DNA of 57,008 nt, filler included, from Platydemus manokwari (Eukaryota), in NCBI GenBank assembly GCA_037951405.1. It is 5 parts of 5 records of this genome, joined end to end, with 100 filler letters (N's around TTAATTAATTAA, not from the genome) between each part and the next. Parts side by side here need not be neighbours in the genome. Positions count along the whole stretch, not along the records: positions 22,775 to 34,253 come from JBBMOY010655542.1; positions 34,354 to 45,845 come from JBBMOY010645542.1; 3 more parts are not named here. The stretch is one strand, 5' to 3'. A program made the position numbers and the translations under genes. Each line of letters starts with the position of its first letter. Position 1 is the stretch's first letter. Shown piece after piece: positions 25,606 through 37,680 of this stretch. The notes below the pieces were generated by a model. The model saw nothing but the letters and a program-made list of their open reading frames with translations. It did not search any database and was not told where the DNA came from.

Positions 25606-26339
25606 AATTATCATGTTAATTTTGATATTATTGATTTACTCATTAGAATCCACTTCCAATAATAGTCGATTTACATTGATCAGACATGAAATAGACCTGG
25701 GTGTGGAACATGGTATGAGTACTACTAGTAGTATAGGGTGAATAACACACTGACGAACAATGAAAACTGCAAAACAGGTCTATAAAATGTTTATTTATTG
25801 GGATTGTCAACAGTCCAATCAGTAAACTCTATTACTATTCATATATTTGATAAAAATTAGCCATTTATTTGTTCAACAAAATTGTCACACGACATCTGCT
25901 CCTTTTGTTTTATTTTTCTGTCAATTCATTTTGGTACACTTTCAAGTTATGAATATTTTTGCTAAATTTGGATGCAAAGTCTTTGTTGTCATGAACAATC
26001 TCAATCGACATGTATTGATCTTGGCTCGAAATTTAACTTGCTGAATCAATATTTACAATGTCGACGAAAACGATCACTTTATCTATGTATTCATCAGAAC
26101 AGTAATTCTTTTATTCTAGCTTTGAATTTATGTATTTTTAATCAAATAGCAAGGATATAAACAATTTCAAGTAAATAAATCAAGACTTGATAAGTCAAAA
26201 TCTAACTTCTTAAATTAATTAAACAGTTACTAACGAGTTTTATACTTCCCAATCAAGACAATGCAACAATTCAAAATTTTACTAAATATTTATCATTTTC
26301 TACATCTCATTTCTTAATGTTAATATGTAGATATCCGGT

Positions 26340-26900
26340 AAAATTTATTGTTATATCAATTATTTAATCCAAACTTGCCTCGATCAAATATTTTTTGAAA
26401 ATTCTCGATTTGAATTATAACGACCAATTGGTTGTAAACAGTAAGTCTATCTCTTTCTTTTAAGTTTTGTTTTACTATATTGAAAATCAGTGAGAAAATT
26501 GTCTTCAGAATTGTAAATTCCCACTATTTATACTGTTGAATTGTGATGGATAAATGTAAATACATTACATTTTTTTTAAAATGTATAATCAACCATTCTT
26601 GTTATAATTTGATTTTTTGAATAATAAAACAATTTCTATCCAATCAAATTAATGAGATTTCCCATAGAGATTTGATGGAATTTTTATAAAACAATAAAAT
26701 AAAAGTATAGACAGATTAAACTCAAGATTTGAGATTGAATTGTTAATTATCTAAACCGGAATACCTATAAGATTGAGATAAAAATAGAAATATTTGAAAA
26801 AATTATTTATTATATTTATCTGATGTGAAAAATTCACCTGGTGAGCCATTGAAATCGTTAATTTGAACCACATTACTTTCGAAAAACATTTGTTTTCAAA
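26340..26900 (+). mobile_element. degenerate Penelope-like RT remnant
   Basis: YLIQTCLDQIFF and IVNYLNRNTYKIEIKIEIFEK...FEPHYFRKTF resemble PLE RT/thumb segments (L..CL...YF; LN....IKFT.E.E; T..YRK); many stops. Confidence 0.4.
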
Positions 26901-27343
26901 TAATAACTTTGAATTCAAAAATGATTCGACAATCTTCAATGTTTTGTCAAGGCAAATGTTGATTTATTTATTTAATCAATAAAATTATGAATTTTTCATT
27001 TTAATATCTGAAAATAACTTTAGTGGTCTGGCATTAAAAATTAGACAAATTCGAACTTTTTATGGTCTTATGAAGCTGTTTATTTTACTAATCGCGTCGA
27101 AGTAACCTTTGTATTCCAAAATGTAAGAAGAGTGTTGTGATTAGAAAAGAAGCTTTGTCTCTATTAGACATCTTAACCATTTTCACTGTTTATTATACGG
27201 ACTGCAAGTATATAATTAATTAAAAATATTTTTTTAATTATTAATTGTAATCTTGTTGAAATTTTAAACCTCATAATCATAAAATAGTAAAAAATATATA
27301 AAAATATTTCAAAATATTTTGGCACAAAATTTGTGAACATCAT

Positions 27344-27769
27344 GACTATGAAGAAAAGTAGCATCATAGAAAAATAATCGACCTGCATGATATTGTTGTC
27401 GAAAATGACGAGGCCAATTTTTGAGAGTCTAAATATAATAGCGGCGTCTAAAGCCAATCAGTCTAGCCGATGGAGGCCTGATAAGTATTATGAGAATTAA
27501 TTGTTATTTACAATTTAAAATCAAACGGCATTAACCATAGAGACAATAATTACAAGGCAGTTGTAGAATTATCTTTAATGTATTACTTATTATTTAGTTG
27601 TAGAAGGGTAAGTCCGAAATCCATTGTTTACACGATTTTTTGGAGATCTTATGGTCACTTTCTAAGTCCTGGTTATCAATACGGTACTATTAGCCATTCA
27701 ATGTGCTTCGCCAACACAAAGAACAGAGACATTTATACTCAGAATAATGTGACCACAACGGAAATATAA
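27344..27769 (+). mobile_element. Merlin (IS1595-family) DNA transposase pseudogene fragment
   Basis: KIIDLHDIVVENDEANF*ESKYNSG matches the IGG...VEIDE.KF..RKYNRG motif. RVSPKSIVYTIFWRSYGHFLSPGYQYGTISHSMCFANTKNRDIYTQNN matches I.PGSII.SD.W..Y..L...GY.H.TVNHS..F......HTQNIE. Confidence 0.75.
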
Positions 27770-29019
27770 TTTTCTTGTAGTTTTTATTCATTTTCCTCTG
27801 AAATTAACGTTTAATTTGAAATTTTAGAAAAATATAATTAAAGTTAAATTTCAAAATTAAATTAAATTAAAAAATTAATTATAATTACATCAAATCAAAT
27901 TATTCCTTTTCTTAGTTTACGCCTCAAGTGACTTAAGTCAGTAATAAAAGTCAATGTTTTTTTTAAATCGGGCAATTTAATTTCGTAATCATTTTAATTA
28001 ATCAAAATATCAGTTTGTAAAGTCATGCAAAATTATTGAATTTTACGACCACTTTGTCATTATTTTAATACTCGAACGCCACTTAAACGAATATTTGAAA
28101 AATCTCTCCCATACTAATTTTAATATGTAATATAATTATTCGAACTCTTAAACCTATTAAAAACGCAAATTAGCTCTTCTATCTGAATGAAAATAAAACA
28201 TTGAATGATATGAAAAGCAAATAAAATAACTCAATTCAATTTTATTTGGCGAAATATCTGTCAAATTTATCTCCAAAAATATGGACTCAACTTTTTGTAA
28301 CAACTAATAGTTCCAGCAAAAAAGCGATATCTGCCTTGCCATTTTGGGTATTTTAACTTAAACTTATCCATTGATCACTAGTATTTTTCTTCGGTGACAG
28401 GAATGAAACAAAGCATTAGCGTTAGATCCACACATAAATAAATACAACGAGTGACCAGGTTTAGAAAATTTCAATTAATTCATTTGATTCGGTTTATTAC
28501 AGATAATTGGATCTTAATAAATTTTATCATTAAAGAAGATCATGCCGGAATAACTGGAAACTTAAAACCTCCATTTTAATTTCTATTCAATCAAATTTAT
28601 TCATCACGCTGAAAAGTGTCAGCTTTATAGTATTCATTTTTTTAGACTTGAAATTAATAAATCACAAATCATAAGTGATAATTAAATTAACAACAAAAAT
28701 TTTCTCAATACTTAAACGAATCTTCAAATAAATTTTATAAAAAGTTTTGTCTCATTCTATTGTATGTTTATCAAATATTTAGATAAGATTGTATTCCTGC
28801 GACTGTGATCGTTGAGCTTATTGTTGGGTAGGTCACAATATCAGCCAAAATGCTTACAAGAACCAGGGAAATAACCCTACAAAGGTTTGACACACCTAGA
28901 TCTGATAAACGTACGTGTCAACAACCAATCAAATTCTTTACAATATTTACTCATATTTAGAAGTTAAAAATTGATTGGTTCATACCAACAAATGACAGCC
29001 AATGGCACAAGAGATGCAA

Positions 29020-29120
29020 GAAAATTATAAGCATGCCTGTGTGCGAGGGAATTCAGCAAATGAAAAACGAAGATCCATGATATCAACCATAAATAACTGC
29101 CAGTTTTGTTTGGTCGGTAA
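29020..29120 (-). mobile_element. possible non-LTR RNase H remnant
   Basis: Minus strand FFIC*IPSHTGM resembles the W(I/V)PSH.GI motif; single motif only. Confidence 0.3.
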
Positions 29121-31549
29121 CCTATATTTTATACTTGAATTTTACGTGATTTTCAGGAGCCAGTCTTTTTGGTTGTTTTCTATTCTCTGTTTGACTTTTG
29201 GGCGCTGATCTCGTCTTGTATGATAATTTGTTATTGACTATTATTGTGATATTGACTGTATCTGTTCATAATCGAGCTTGTGACAATTGTAGTTTAAATT
29301 ATAATTTTCAGGTCTTATTATTAATTAATACCCCAACAGTATAACAAAAGTTGCTAAGATTTAGACTCATATCCAAACGAAAGTCTGTTATAACCTTTGA
29401 TCAATATCGTGGAATAATAAAACCTTTGTAAGTTTTAATTAATAAATTTAATTCTAATAAATGTATTGTCGGTATCCTATCCAGTCCCCCATAACTGATT
29501 CTAATCCATAGTAATAAAATCTACTAAAAATATTACCCATACGATCATGCGTTAAGTCCTACCAATTTAGAATTCAGATGACCGAAACAAAACACAAATC
29601 TCAATTGAAAAATTCTTGAGACAAATAAAAACCATGACAACCTTCCAGATTTATAATTTAACTGAAAATAGGTGTGATTGCCCTATTCAATATAAAAATT
29701 ACAGCCAAGAAGATTATCTCTCCAGAACTGATCGCCAACGATGAATTTAAACATATTGCAAAGGATATACCCCTTTTGCGTTTGGATCTTCGACACACTT
29801 TTATCTGGTTTAATAAAGCGTATTCTTAAAATAATTCAGCTAATTTTACTGACAAATAAAGCACTGACATCGAGCACATATAAAATCGCGTCAAAATTAC
29901 ATCTGATCATTTCGTCGAAAATTTCATCATGATCAAATTTTTGAGATGAAACTGCTTACATTTTAACATGAATAGAAATGCTTAGAGTGATTTAATTTAA
30001 TTTAAATCATAAAAATAGATATTACTGATGGTTTATAATTGATATACTTTTAAGTTTGTAAGTTACTTTACATTTTTTCAATCGATTATTTCATCGAAAA
30101 TTTAAATGATATCAAAATCAATTAAAATTTTAAAAACATAATTATTTTGTTAAAAGAACCTTATGTTTTATATAATGAACTTCATTATATAAGTCGTACC
30201 TATAGGTCATAACTATAGGTCATATCCGTACATTTTTGTTTAATCACTTTTGTCCAAAGTTGATAAATAATATGTTTTCTGACAGTTTATCCTATTCTTA
30301 GAGCTTAATTTTTTCCAAGGATAGCAATTGCCTTAGGTTTTTGAAATTCTCCTCGTCTTCTGATCTTGATTTACATTTATGACTACTTTGTTTTATGACA
30401 TATATTTTACTAATCTCGGGTTCATTATTCAAGTTTAAAGCTAAATAGTCAGTATTTTGTCTTTTCTCGAACATTTTTTTAATTATAAGGCACATTGACT
30501 CAAAACACATTTGTACTGATCTTTATTTCTTTCATAATTACAAAATGGGTTTTTATTCGCACTTGTGACGAATAGGTGGATCACTGGTATGCAGGATTCC
30601 ATAGGGTTTGTAGTACATAATGAGAATCCATATTATAATTTACTTATGGCTGAAATTAAGTCTTTAATTAAATTGTCTATTGGACTGAGCTTTACTCTAT
30701 TAACAGATTATCGGTTTCGAATTTACTCAAATACATATTTATTATGAAACTTGTATTGTTTAGAATTACTTGTGAATAACTAACATTGACGGTATCCAAA
30801 TTTAATGTCAGTGCAATTAATAACAAATGAACAAACTGGCTTTTATCCTGAGTAAAATATTTTACAATCGGAATCATGTCTAGATACATATGAATCGCTC
30901 TCTGTTGCTTAGGACACAAGTAACATCAACGTCTGAATTTATGAAAATTTTTAATAGAGTTAGCAAAATTAATTAAAAAATGATAGTTAATATTTATATC
31001 TAAGATTGCCCTTTTTCGAATTTTACAGTTTATAGTGTCGAAAGAGAGCAGTATGTTATTTAAAAGATACTTATATATCCATATGAATCTCTGCATAAAT
31101 ATGGGTAAAGTTAGAATATTTCTGATACTTTGTTTCTTTAATTAGATTTGGGTAAGTAAATCTGCTTATTAATACCAAAAGGCGGCGAGCGTGTATGAGT
31201 TAAATTTAATTTACTGATGGTTCACGAAATCTACCAATGAATTTAAATGAGATACTCACCTGGAATCGTTAGTTAGCATAGCTATTCTCGTAATTTATTT
31301 AATCAAATAGTTTATTTCAATTTTTTAGAGTTTTTTAAGTCTTTCATTTCCAAATTTCAAAGTATAAGTACAATGAAATATATTTAAATGAAAATATACC
31401 TGCTATTCATTGTTCAAACAATGACTACCATAATTTGTGCTTTTTTTCCTAGTGTTCAGCATTTGTTTTAAAAATCCAAAGTGTAGTAAACAATTAACTT
31501 TAAAATTAATTTTTTCAAATTTATAATTACGTAATTCATACTAAGTAAA

Positions 31550-31689
31550 ATGGGCTCAGCTTTCAGCGACTTAAATCATATAGACAAAAATTCATACCTA
31601 ACTAAATTTTTTAGTCAGGAAAATTTAAGTCCACCAGATCCATTTTGGAATCAGTTTTTGTCCTTTAAATATGATCCAGACTATTCCAT
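31550..31689 (+). CDS. DYM: Dymeclin coding exon 1
   Basis: ATG GGC TCA GCT TTC AGC (MGxxxS myristoylation motif) ... DPFWNQFLSF ... AT|gtaaag. Confidence 0.9.
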
Positions 31690-34032
31690 GTAAAGTTAAA
31701 ATATTTGTCATTTCTAAAAATCTTAAAGCTTAATTTTAGAACTGAAAGCGAATTAATTACCAAAAAATTATTAAATATTATCAATTCAATTAATGAAGAA
31801 AATTCTCAATCAAGAAATCTGATTAATTGTATAAACGTGTTTCTCATTAGATCAGAGGAACTGAAAAGAAGTTCAGAATGTTCTGATGCATTGTCAAAGT
31901 AAACGATTTATATTAGTTTATTTTGATTTTTGCTCATAATTTACTTTACTAATTATTTTTGAAATTCTACATTATTGGCTATAAATTTCGAATTAATATA
32001 ATTATTTTCATTTTCAGGGATTCCATTTTCGTTAGACAAATATACAATGGCTTATTTATTATTCGATTTATTATTAAAGTATTTATTGAAAATTATAAAC
32101 TCGACTATTATTTTGCTGATGAATTTCGAGATGGTAAATTAATTTTTAAATTAATTTTGATTTTATTAAACTGTTCATTTAGAAGATCTTTGTGTAATTA
32201 AAAAACTTCATAATGCCTTGCTTTCGATTTTTATTGAAATTCCTGTTAAGTAATTATTATTATTATTATTAAATATTAATATTTAATGTCACATTTATTA
32301 TTATTAATGCATATTGATTCGTAAATTGCTTTGTTATTAATATTGTAAAGTAAATGCTTATTGAGAATAGTTGATTTCAGAGACAATAATTTTAAATCTT
32401 TCAACTGTGAAATGCTTTTTAATGTAATTTAATAATTGCTTTGGAGTAGTTTATATTATTGATTTTTAAATTTTATATTATCTCTATTCGAAACAAAACT
32501 ACTTTTTTATTTTATCTAGTGAAATGACATACTTTGTCCATTTGGAAATTGCTTTGATTCTAAATATCATCATGAATTGCGATCAGTATGCACAAAAAGA
32601 ATATTTATTGCCAGATTTCTTATTTCAAGACGAATGGTAATTTTTACATTTTTTTTAACAAACCACAACGTAATAAATGTTTTGATTTTAACTGAATCTA
32701 CGGCTTTATTTATAAATTATTTTTGAGACTAAAAATTCTCGTGCTTATATTCGGTGTTTTTTTCAAAACAATTGATAAATCGAACATCATTTATTATAAA
32801 AATTAACAAACACGTGTTTAATTGTTATATATTTATGATATTCATGTTTCATTAAGTGATTACCTTATAAATTATTTGTGAAATTAATGACTTTTAACGA
32901 AACGAGATACACGCGTGTGCTTTGTGATATTTGTAATTGGCTTGTCAATAGCTTGGACGTAGAAGAGTAAAACTTCACGATGTTTTTGACATCAATAACG
33001 ATTATATTGAGAATAGAGACTTGTATTGATATTTTTTAAGTATTCCACAACCCAGTCTAATGAATCATCTGAGAGTAATGATTAAATATTATTTTAAACT
33101 TCATTTGTTTTATGAAATAGAATTTAGAGAATTAATACATTTTTCATTTGAAATTAAAAATTTTTTCACTGCCCATGAATCATATTTGATTCAACTAACA
33201 TAGATATTTGTTTATGTATCATATGTGATCCAAATGCTTATGTTGCATAAATTCTTATCTGTTAATAGCTTGCTTTTGAATCACATATGATACATTGAAT
33301 GTGAACTTGTTAAGCGATATATTTTCTCACATATAACCTGCTCCAATGTACATTTTGTCATGAAAGAGATGAAAATTATATTTGCCAAATATTTAATTGA
33401 ATTTTTGAAACATTAATTCCGAGTTCAGAGATGACATTTTTTATTAATTTTTAAAATTTTAAAGATTTTTTGGATTTAATTTTCGGGATATTTTTCTCTT
33501 CGAAAGCATTTGAAATTATTTTAGTTTGCCAATCATATAGCTACATTATTTGTTTTGGGTGGCTCATAAGCATTTTATTTATTTATATAAATGTTTATTT
33601 TTGATAAATTGATGATAATTAAGATTGAAAGGCCATTGAAAGTTAAATGATTTTCTCATTGGGAAAACTTTCAATTAGAAAATATTCTACATAATCTTAT
33701 TCTACTCGATCTTGTCATTTTATAGGCTTTATTGGTCATTTTGGGCTTGGTTCAGTTCTCATAGATTTCTGTAAAATAATATCACAATTCACCAGATATA
33801 TTGTCTTATAATGTTTATTCTCTTTATTTGATGTTTAATCATACCTTAATTATGATATATTTTTTAAATTTTGTTGAGAATGTAATTAATGTGTTTATTA
33901 TTAGTAGTAGTCTACACTCTCGGGTTTTTATTAAAAAGCTTTTGGAAAATATTATTCATCTTAATTCACAAAATGCAGTGGCGAGATATGATCAGCGAAT
34001 TCAGTTAAAACAAGAAAGTCCATATGCAGGAA
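31550..34032 (+). CDS. DYM: Dymeclin, 3'-partial; join(31550..31689,31740..31898,32018..32133,32183..32249,32520..32636,33905..34032), ~242 aa visible
   Basis: Six GT-AG exons with consistent phases (2,2,1,2,2,1) translate to MGSAFSDLNHIDKNSYLTKF...DPFWNQFLSF...NLINCINVFLIRSEELKRSSEC...IFVRQIYNGLFIIRFIIKVFIE...EDL...IEIPVNEMTY...KKLLENII. This is colinear with the recalled vertebrate Dymeclin N-terminus (KNEYL, DPFWNQLLSF, VFLSRTKELK.S.EC, Q.HNALFII, DIP..DITY, KTLLYNFI). Confidence 0.92.
31740..31898 (+). CDS. DYM: Dymeclin coding exon 2
   Basis: tttag|A ACT GAA; TESELITKKLL...VFLIRSEELKRSSECSDALS|gtaaac; follows a 50-nt intron. Confidence 0.9.
32018..32133 (+). CDS. DYM: Dymeclin coding exon 3
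   Basis: tttcag|G GAT; DSIFVRQIYNGLFIIRFIIKVFIENYKLDYYFADEFRD|gtaaat. Confidence 0.9.
32183..32249 (+). CDS. DYM: Dymeclin coding exon 4
   Basis: tttag|AA GAT; EDLCVIKKLHNALLSIFIEIPV|gtaatt; follows a 49-nt intron. Confidence 0.88.
32520..32636 (+). CDS. DYM: Dymeclin coding exon 5
   Basis: tctag|T GAA; NEMTYFVHLEIALILNIIMNCDQYAQKEYLLPDFLFQDE|gtaatt. Confidence 0.88.
33905..34032 (+). CDS. DYM: Dymeclin coding exon 6
   Basis: ttag|T AGT AGT; CSSLHSRVFIKKLLENIIHLNSQNAVARYDQRIQLKQESPYAG|gtaaat. Confidence 0.85.
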
Positions 34033-34152
34033 GTAAATATTCTTTATCGTACTAAGTCAAAATATTTTTAATTTGATTATCTTTATAATATTACTGTAAA
34101 TTAAATTTAAAAAATTAGCCTCGGGATGAATAGCATTATTCGATTATATATA

Positions 34153-34253
34153 TACATGGTGTTTCAAAAATTTCGCCCGATTTTATAAGATAAATGAATG
34201 AAAGTTTTCAATGAATATTATTGTATGGCGAAGGAGAACTACCAGCACAATGA
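34153..34253 (+). mobile_element. Tc1/mariner-type left end running into the gap
   Basis: TA followed by CATGGTGTTTCAAAAATTTCGCCCGATTT, similar to CAGGGTGTTTCAAAA-type TIRs. Confidence 0.45.
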
Positions 34254-34353
34254 NNNNNNNNNNNNNNNNNNNNNNNNNNNNNNNNNNNNNNNNNNNNTTA
34301 ATTAATTAANNNNNNNNNNNNNNNNNNNNNNNNNNNNNNNNNNNNNNNNNNNN
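34254..34353. other. artificial assembly spacer (44N-TTAATTAATTAA-44N)
   Basis: Same construct as 8814-8913. Confidence 0.97.
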
Positions 34354-34429
34354 CATAAGATCTTCAATTTAATATTTAAAAATGAAAAGCCAATTTAAAA
34401 AAGGCCATTATTTTTGCACCAACCTAATA
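34354..34429 (+). mobile_element. mariner (Hsmar1/cecropia-like) right terminal inverted repeat
   Basis: ...GGCCATTATTTTTGCACCAACCTAA+TA closely matches the reverse complement of the TTAGGTTGGTGCAAAAGTAAT mariner TIR, followed by a TA target. Confidence 0.8.
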
Positions 34430-35219
34430 GTATCTAGTAACGTATCCTAAATTGAAAAATGAAAAACATATTCAATGATGGTGACTGTAGACTATATCCT
34501 GCTGTATCTCGAGAAATTTCTGATTCTACAATATTAAACTACATGCCCGTCTCTACCACATTCAAAATATGTTCTTTTCTGGAGCTGGTGAATTCTTATG
34601 TCTGATAAATAGAGGAAAAAATTGCATCTTGGTTTTAGAGTTTTTATCTCCACAAATTAACACATATTGATACAATAACCGATTCTTTTGCATTTCATTA
34701 CTGATTTTAGTAAAAGTACCAACATCGAGTAATAAAATTGGTGTCTTATCGAATAATAAGCGTTGGGTTGATCTCCATTTGAAACTCCTTATTTCAGAAA
34801 AATCATAATTTACCGAGTTCATTATGAGAGTAGTTGAGATATGATAGTGGACTATTTTTTAGAAATTTTCTGCTTTTAGTTGGTTCGAGTACTTTTTCTA
34901 TTAACATGGATACATGATGTACCAAATTTTCTTAAGATTCGTGTGGTTTTTGAGTCTAATATATTTTCAGATCAATTTTGATCCTACAAAGCCACTTTCA
35001 TTCCAATCCACTAGATTGCGTTTCGCTGATTGATTTGAGATATTTCTTTGATTTTCAAAATTATACAATAATGCCAGTATTTCGATAAAAATTGTAATTT
35101 TATATATTTATCTCTTATACTCTTACATGTGTATCTAGAATTTTACTTTCTCTAAGTCACTGAATATCTACAGTTAAGATGTAAGATCGGTATTGAGAGG
35201 ATTTATAATAAACTGATAT

Positions 35220-36055
35220 TTGAAAAGTTTTATTATCAAATTTTTATAAAATATTTATTTGTTTGGATAATTGTAACTAAAATATAATTTGATGTTGTAA
35301 CTTTTCAGTTCATTTCCAATCCGTGCTTTATAAAACAGTAGCGCGGCCCGCTTGACATCCACTCATTTGGATTGGATTCTGAAAATGTTTATTGTATGGA
35401 AGTATAGAGAATACATTTAAAAAGATGGAAGGTAGTTATAGCTAAGTTGTTTAGATGTAGAGAATTAAATGTAAAACATATATTGGATATTGATGATATA
35501 TGTAAAAAAAAATAAGCTTTTTAAAAATAATTAAAAATTTTGAATAAATATTCTATAAAAAATTATAAAAGAAAATCGTTAGTAATTTAGTTAAATCAAA
35601 AAATATAAATTAATACAATGTTCCAGAATAATCTGTTTAAATGAATCAATTTAATATTATGTGCGATGGCATTATAAGAACCGTCAATTCTTGGCAAAAT
35701 TACCAGTTGAAAGCCAAGTTGGGTTGAGATTTTGAACGGTATAATTTGTCTATTGATTAATACACAGAAAAATATATTAATTGCCTTCGAATTTTGAGGT
35801 TTGTAATTACTCAACAAAGCAGAAAATAAATATAAAATTTTATCTAGAGAATTTGATGTGGAAATAGTGAAAAATTTAGAGAAAATCAAAGAGTTTAAAG
35901 AAAGGAGAGTTGAGCATTCATAATAAATGGAAATTTGAAAAAGATTTTTATCCAATATTTATTTGTTTGAATGATTTTAATTAAAATACAATTTGGTTTC
36001 GTGACTTTTCAGTTCGTTTTCAGTGCGTGCTTTATAAAATAGTAGCGGCTTGCAG
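35220..36055 (+). repeat. ~700-bp unit of the TATA-core repeat family, bounded by two core copies
   Basis: Core at ~35295-35345 and again at ~36000-36052. Internal 35495-35725 matches 54975-55197 (inverted); 35700-36050 matches 25200-25605. Confidence 0.8.
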
Positions 36056-37504
36056 ATACTATGGCATCTAAAGATCAGAATGTACGAATCAAGAATGATT
36101 TGGTATATCTTACAAGTCATAACACTATTTTAAGATAACTTTATTTGATAAACACAAAATTTTCTCTATTTACAAGTATGATATATATTTAGTATAAAAC
36201 GTGACAATGTCGTTGACTTCAACTTATTTATTGAACAACTATTACAAACATTGAGCAGGATTATTGAGAACAAATAATATCACTTTTCCATTCACTGATG
36301 CTCACTATTATTTGCCTTGTGAATTTTCACTTAATTTTCCCCTGTCTTCTGGTTATCGATAATATCTACTTTCTTAAAAAAAAACTTTCTCTCCGTGGTC
36401 ATTTTCAATGAGTTTATGGATTGGATTGTTTGCTTAATTGAATACAGTTAATAATGGCTTGTTTATTAAACATTGCATCATGCGTTTAGATTTTCATTTA
36501 TATGCTGGTCGTTACCAATCGATCTGTTCATTGCAGCTTTGTACTGTTTTTTAATCATTTTTGGCTTTATTTAAAAATTTTTATTTTTATATTATTAGCT
36601 TTTATTAAATATTTCGTCATTTATGTTTATTAATTAATTTTCTTAATTTAATTTGTTTTTATTTATATATTACTTAGTTGCTATTTATTGTTGTCATTCT
36701 TTCTTTTTCTCAAAAGTGTTAAAATGATCGAACATTAAACAGGATATTGTATATACATCTTTTCAATATTTATAAAACCGATTTCTGAATGTGATCTCCT
36801 CATGATCCTCTGGTTTTGAGAAGGGTTTAATTATACTAGTTTGAATATTAGTATGTCATATTGTTTACTTTTTTTCATTTCAATTCTTAAAATAATATTT
36901 GACTGTCTACCTGTGAATTTCAATCTGCATGGAGCTTTATATTCATTAAGTCTTGACTGACTATTATTGATAACATACCTGATGATGATGGTAATCATGG
37001 TGTTATTATATTCTTGCGGCTTTAACTTTTTCATGACCATTACTTAGCTATAAAATTATATCTCAATAAGTTAATCGATAAAAAATCAATGTAATTTTTG
37101 TTCTTTGTGAGGTACAGAAAATGCAAAATGAAATACTATAATAAACTAAACAAATTACATCTACGAACCTTTAACATTTTCGAAAAACATAACATTATAA
37201 TTGATAATTATACTTCACATCGTTAAGTCGATAAATCAAAATCTCGTTTTTGCAAATTTTGGATTTGCTGTTTTATTAAATTTATTTAATATAAATTAAA
37301 AAATAATTAATCAATAAAGTAAAATTTCTTCCCGACGTTCAATAAGATTTTCACTACCTCGTTGACAGAAATCACTCGGTTTCGACTTGAAAATTACATT
37401 CAGCAAAGCTATGAATTTTTAATCACAAAATATCACTCTTAGCATTTGAAAACGATCGAAAGAAGTGGAAATTATTAAGAGGGTACTGAGGGTGCGGTAG
37501 TACT

Positions 37505-37680
37505 TACCAGTTACGAGATTGATTGGCTTTCTTGATCATATAGGTGATATTAAGACCGGTCCCATGTCTTGAAAATAGAGTTCCACGCTTACTGTTTATC
37601 TCCTTTCAAGTAATCTGTAATGGATGATTATTTTCTAGTTCCACCATACAGAGAATGTTAAGTTTACAATAGTTTGATAC
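37505..37680 (-). mobile_element. possible CR1/L2-type LINE RT C-terminal remnant
   Basis: Minus strand GTLFSRHGTGLNITYMIKKANQ resembles LGV.F.....W..HI..I.KKAN. Confidence 0.3.

Noticed and set aside
37500-37512. TACTTACC resembling the U1 snRNA 5' end
   Set aside because: No U1 stem-loops or Sm site follow
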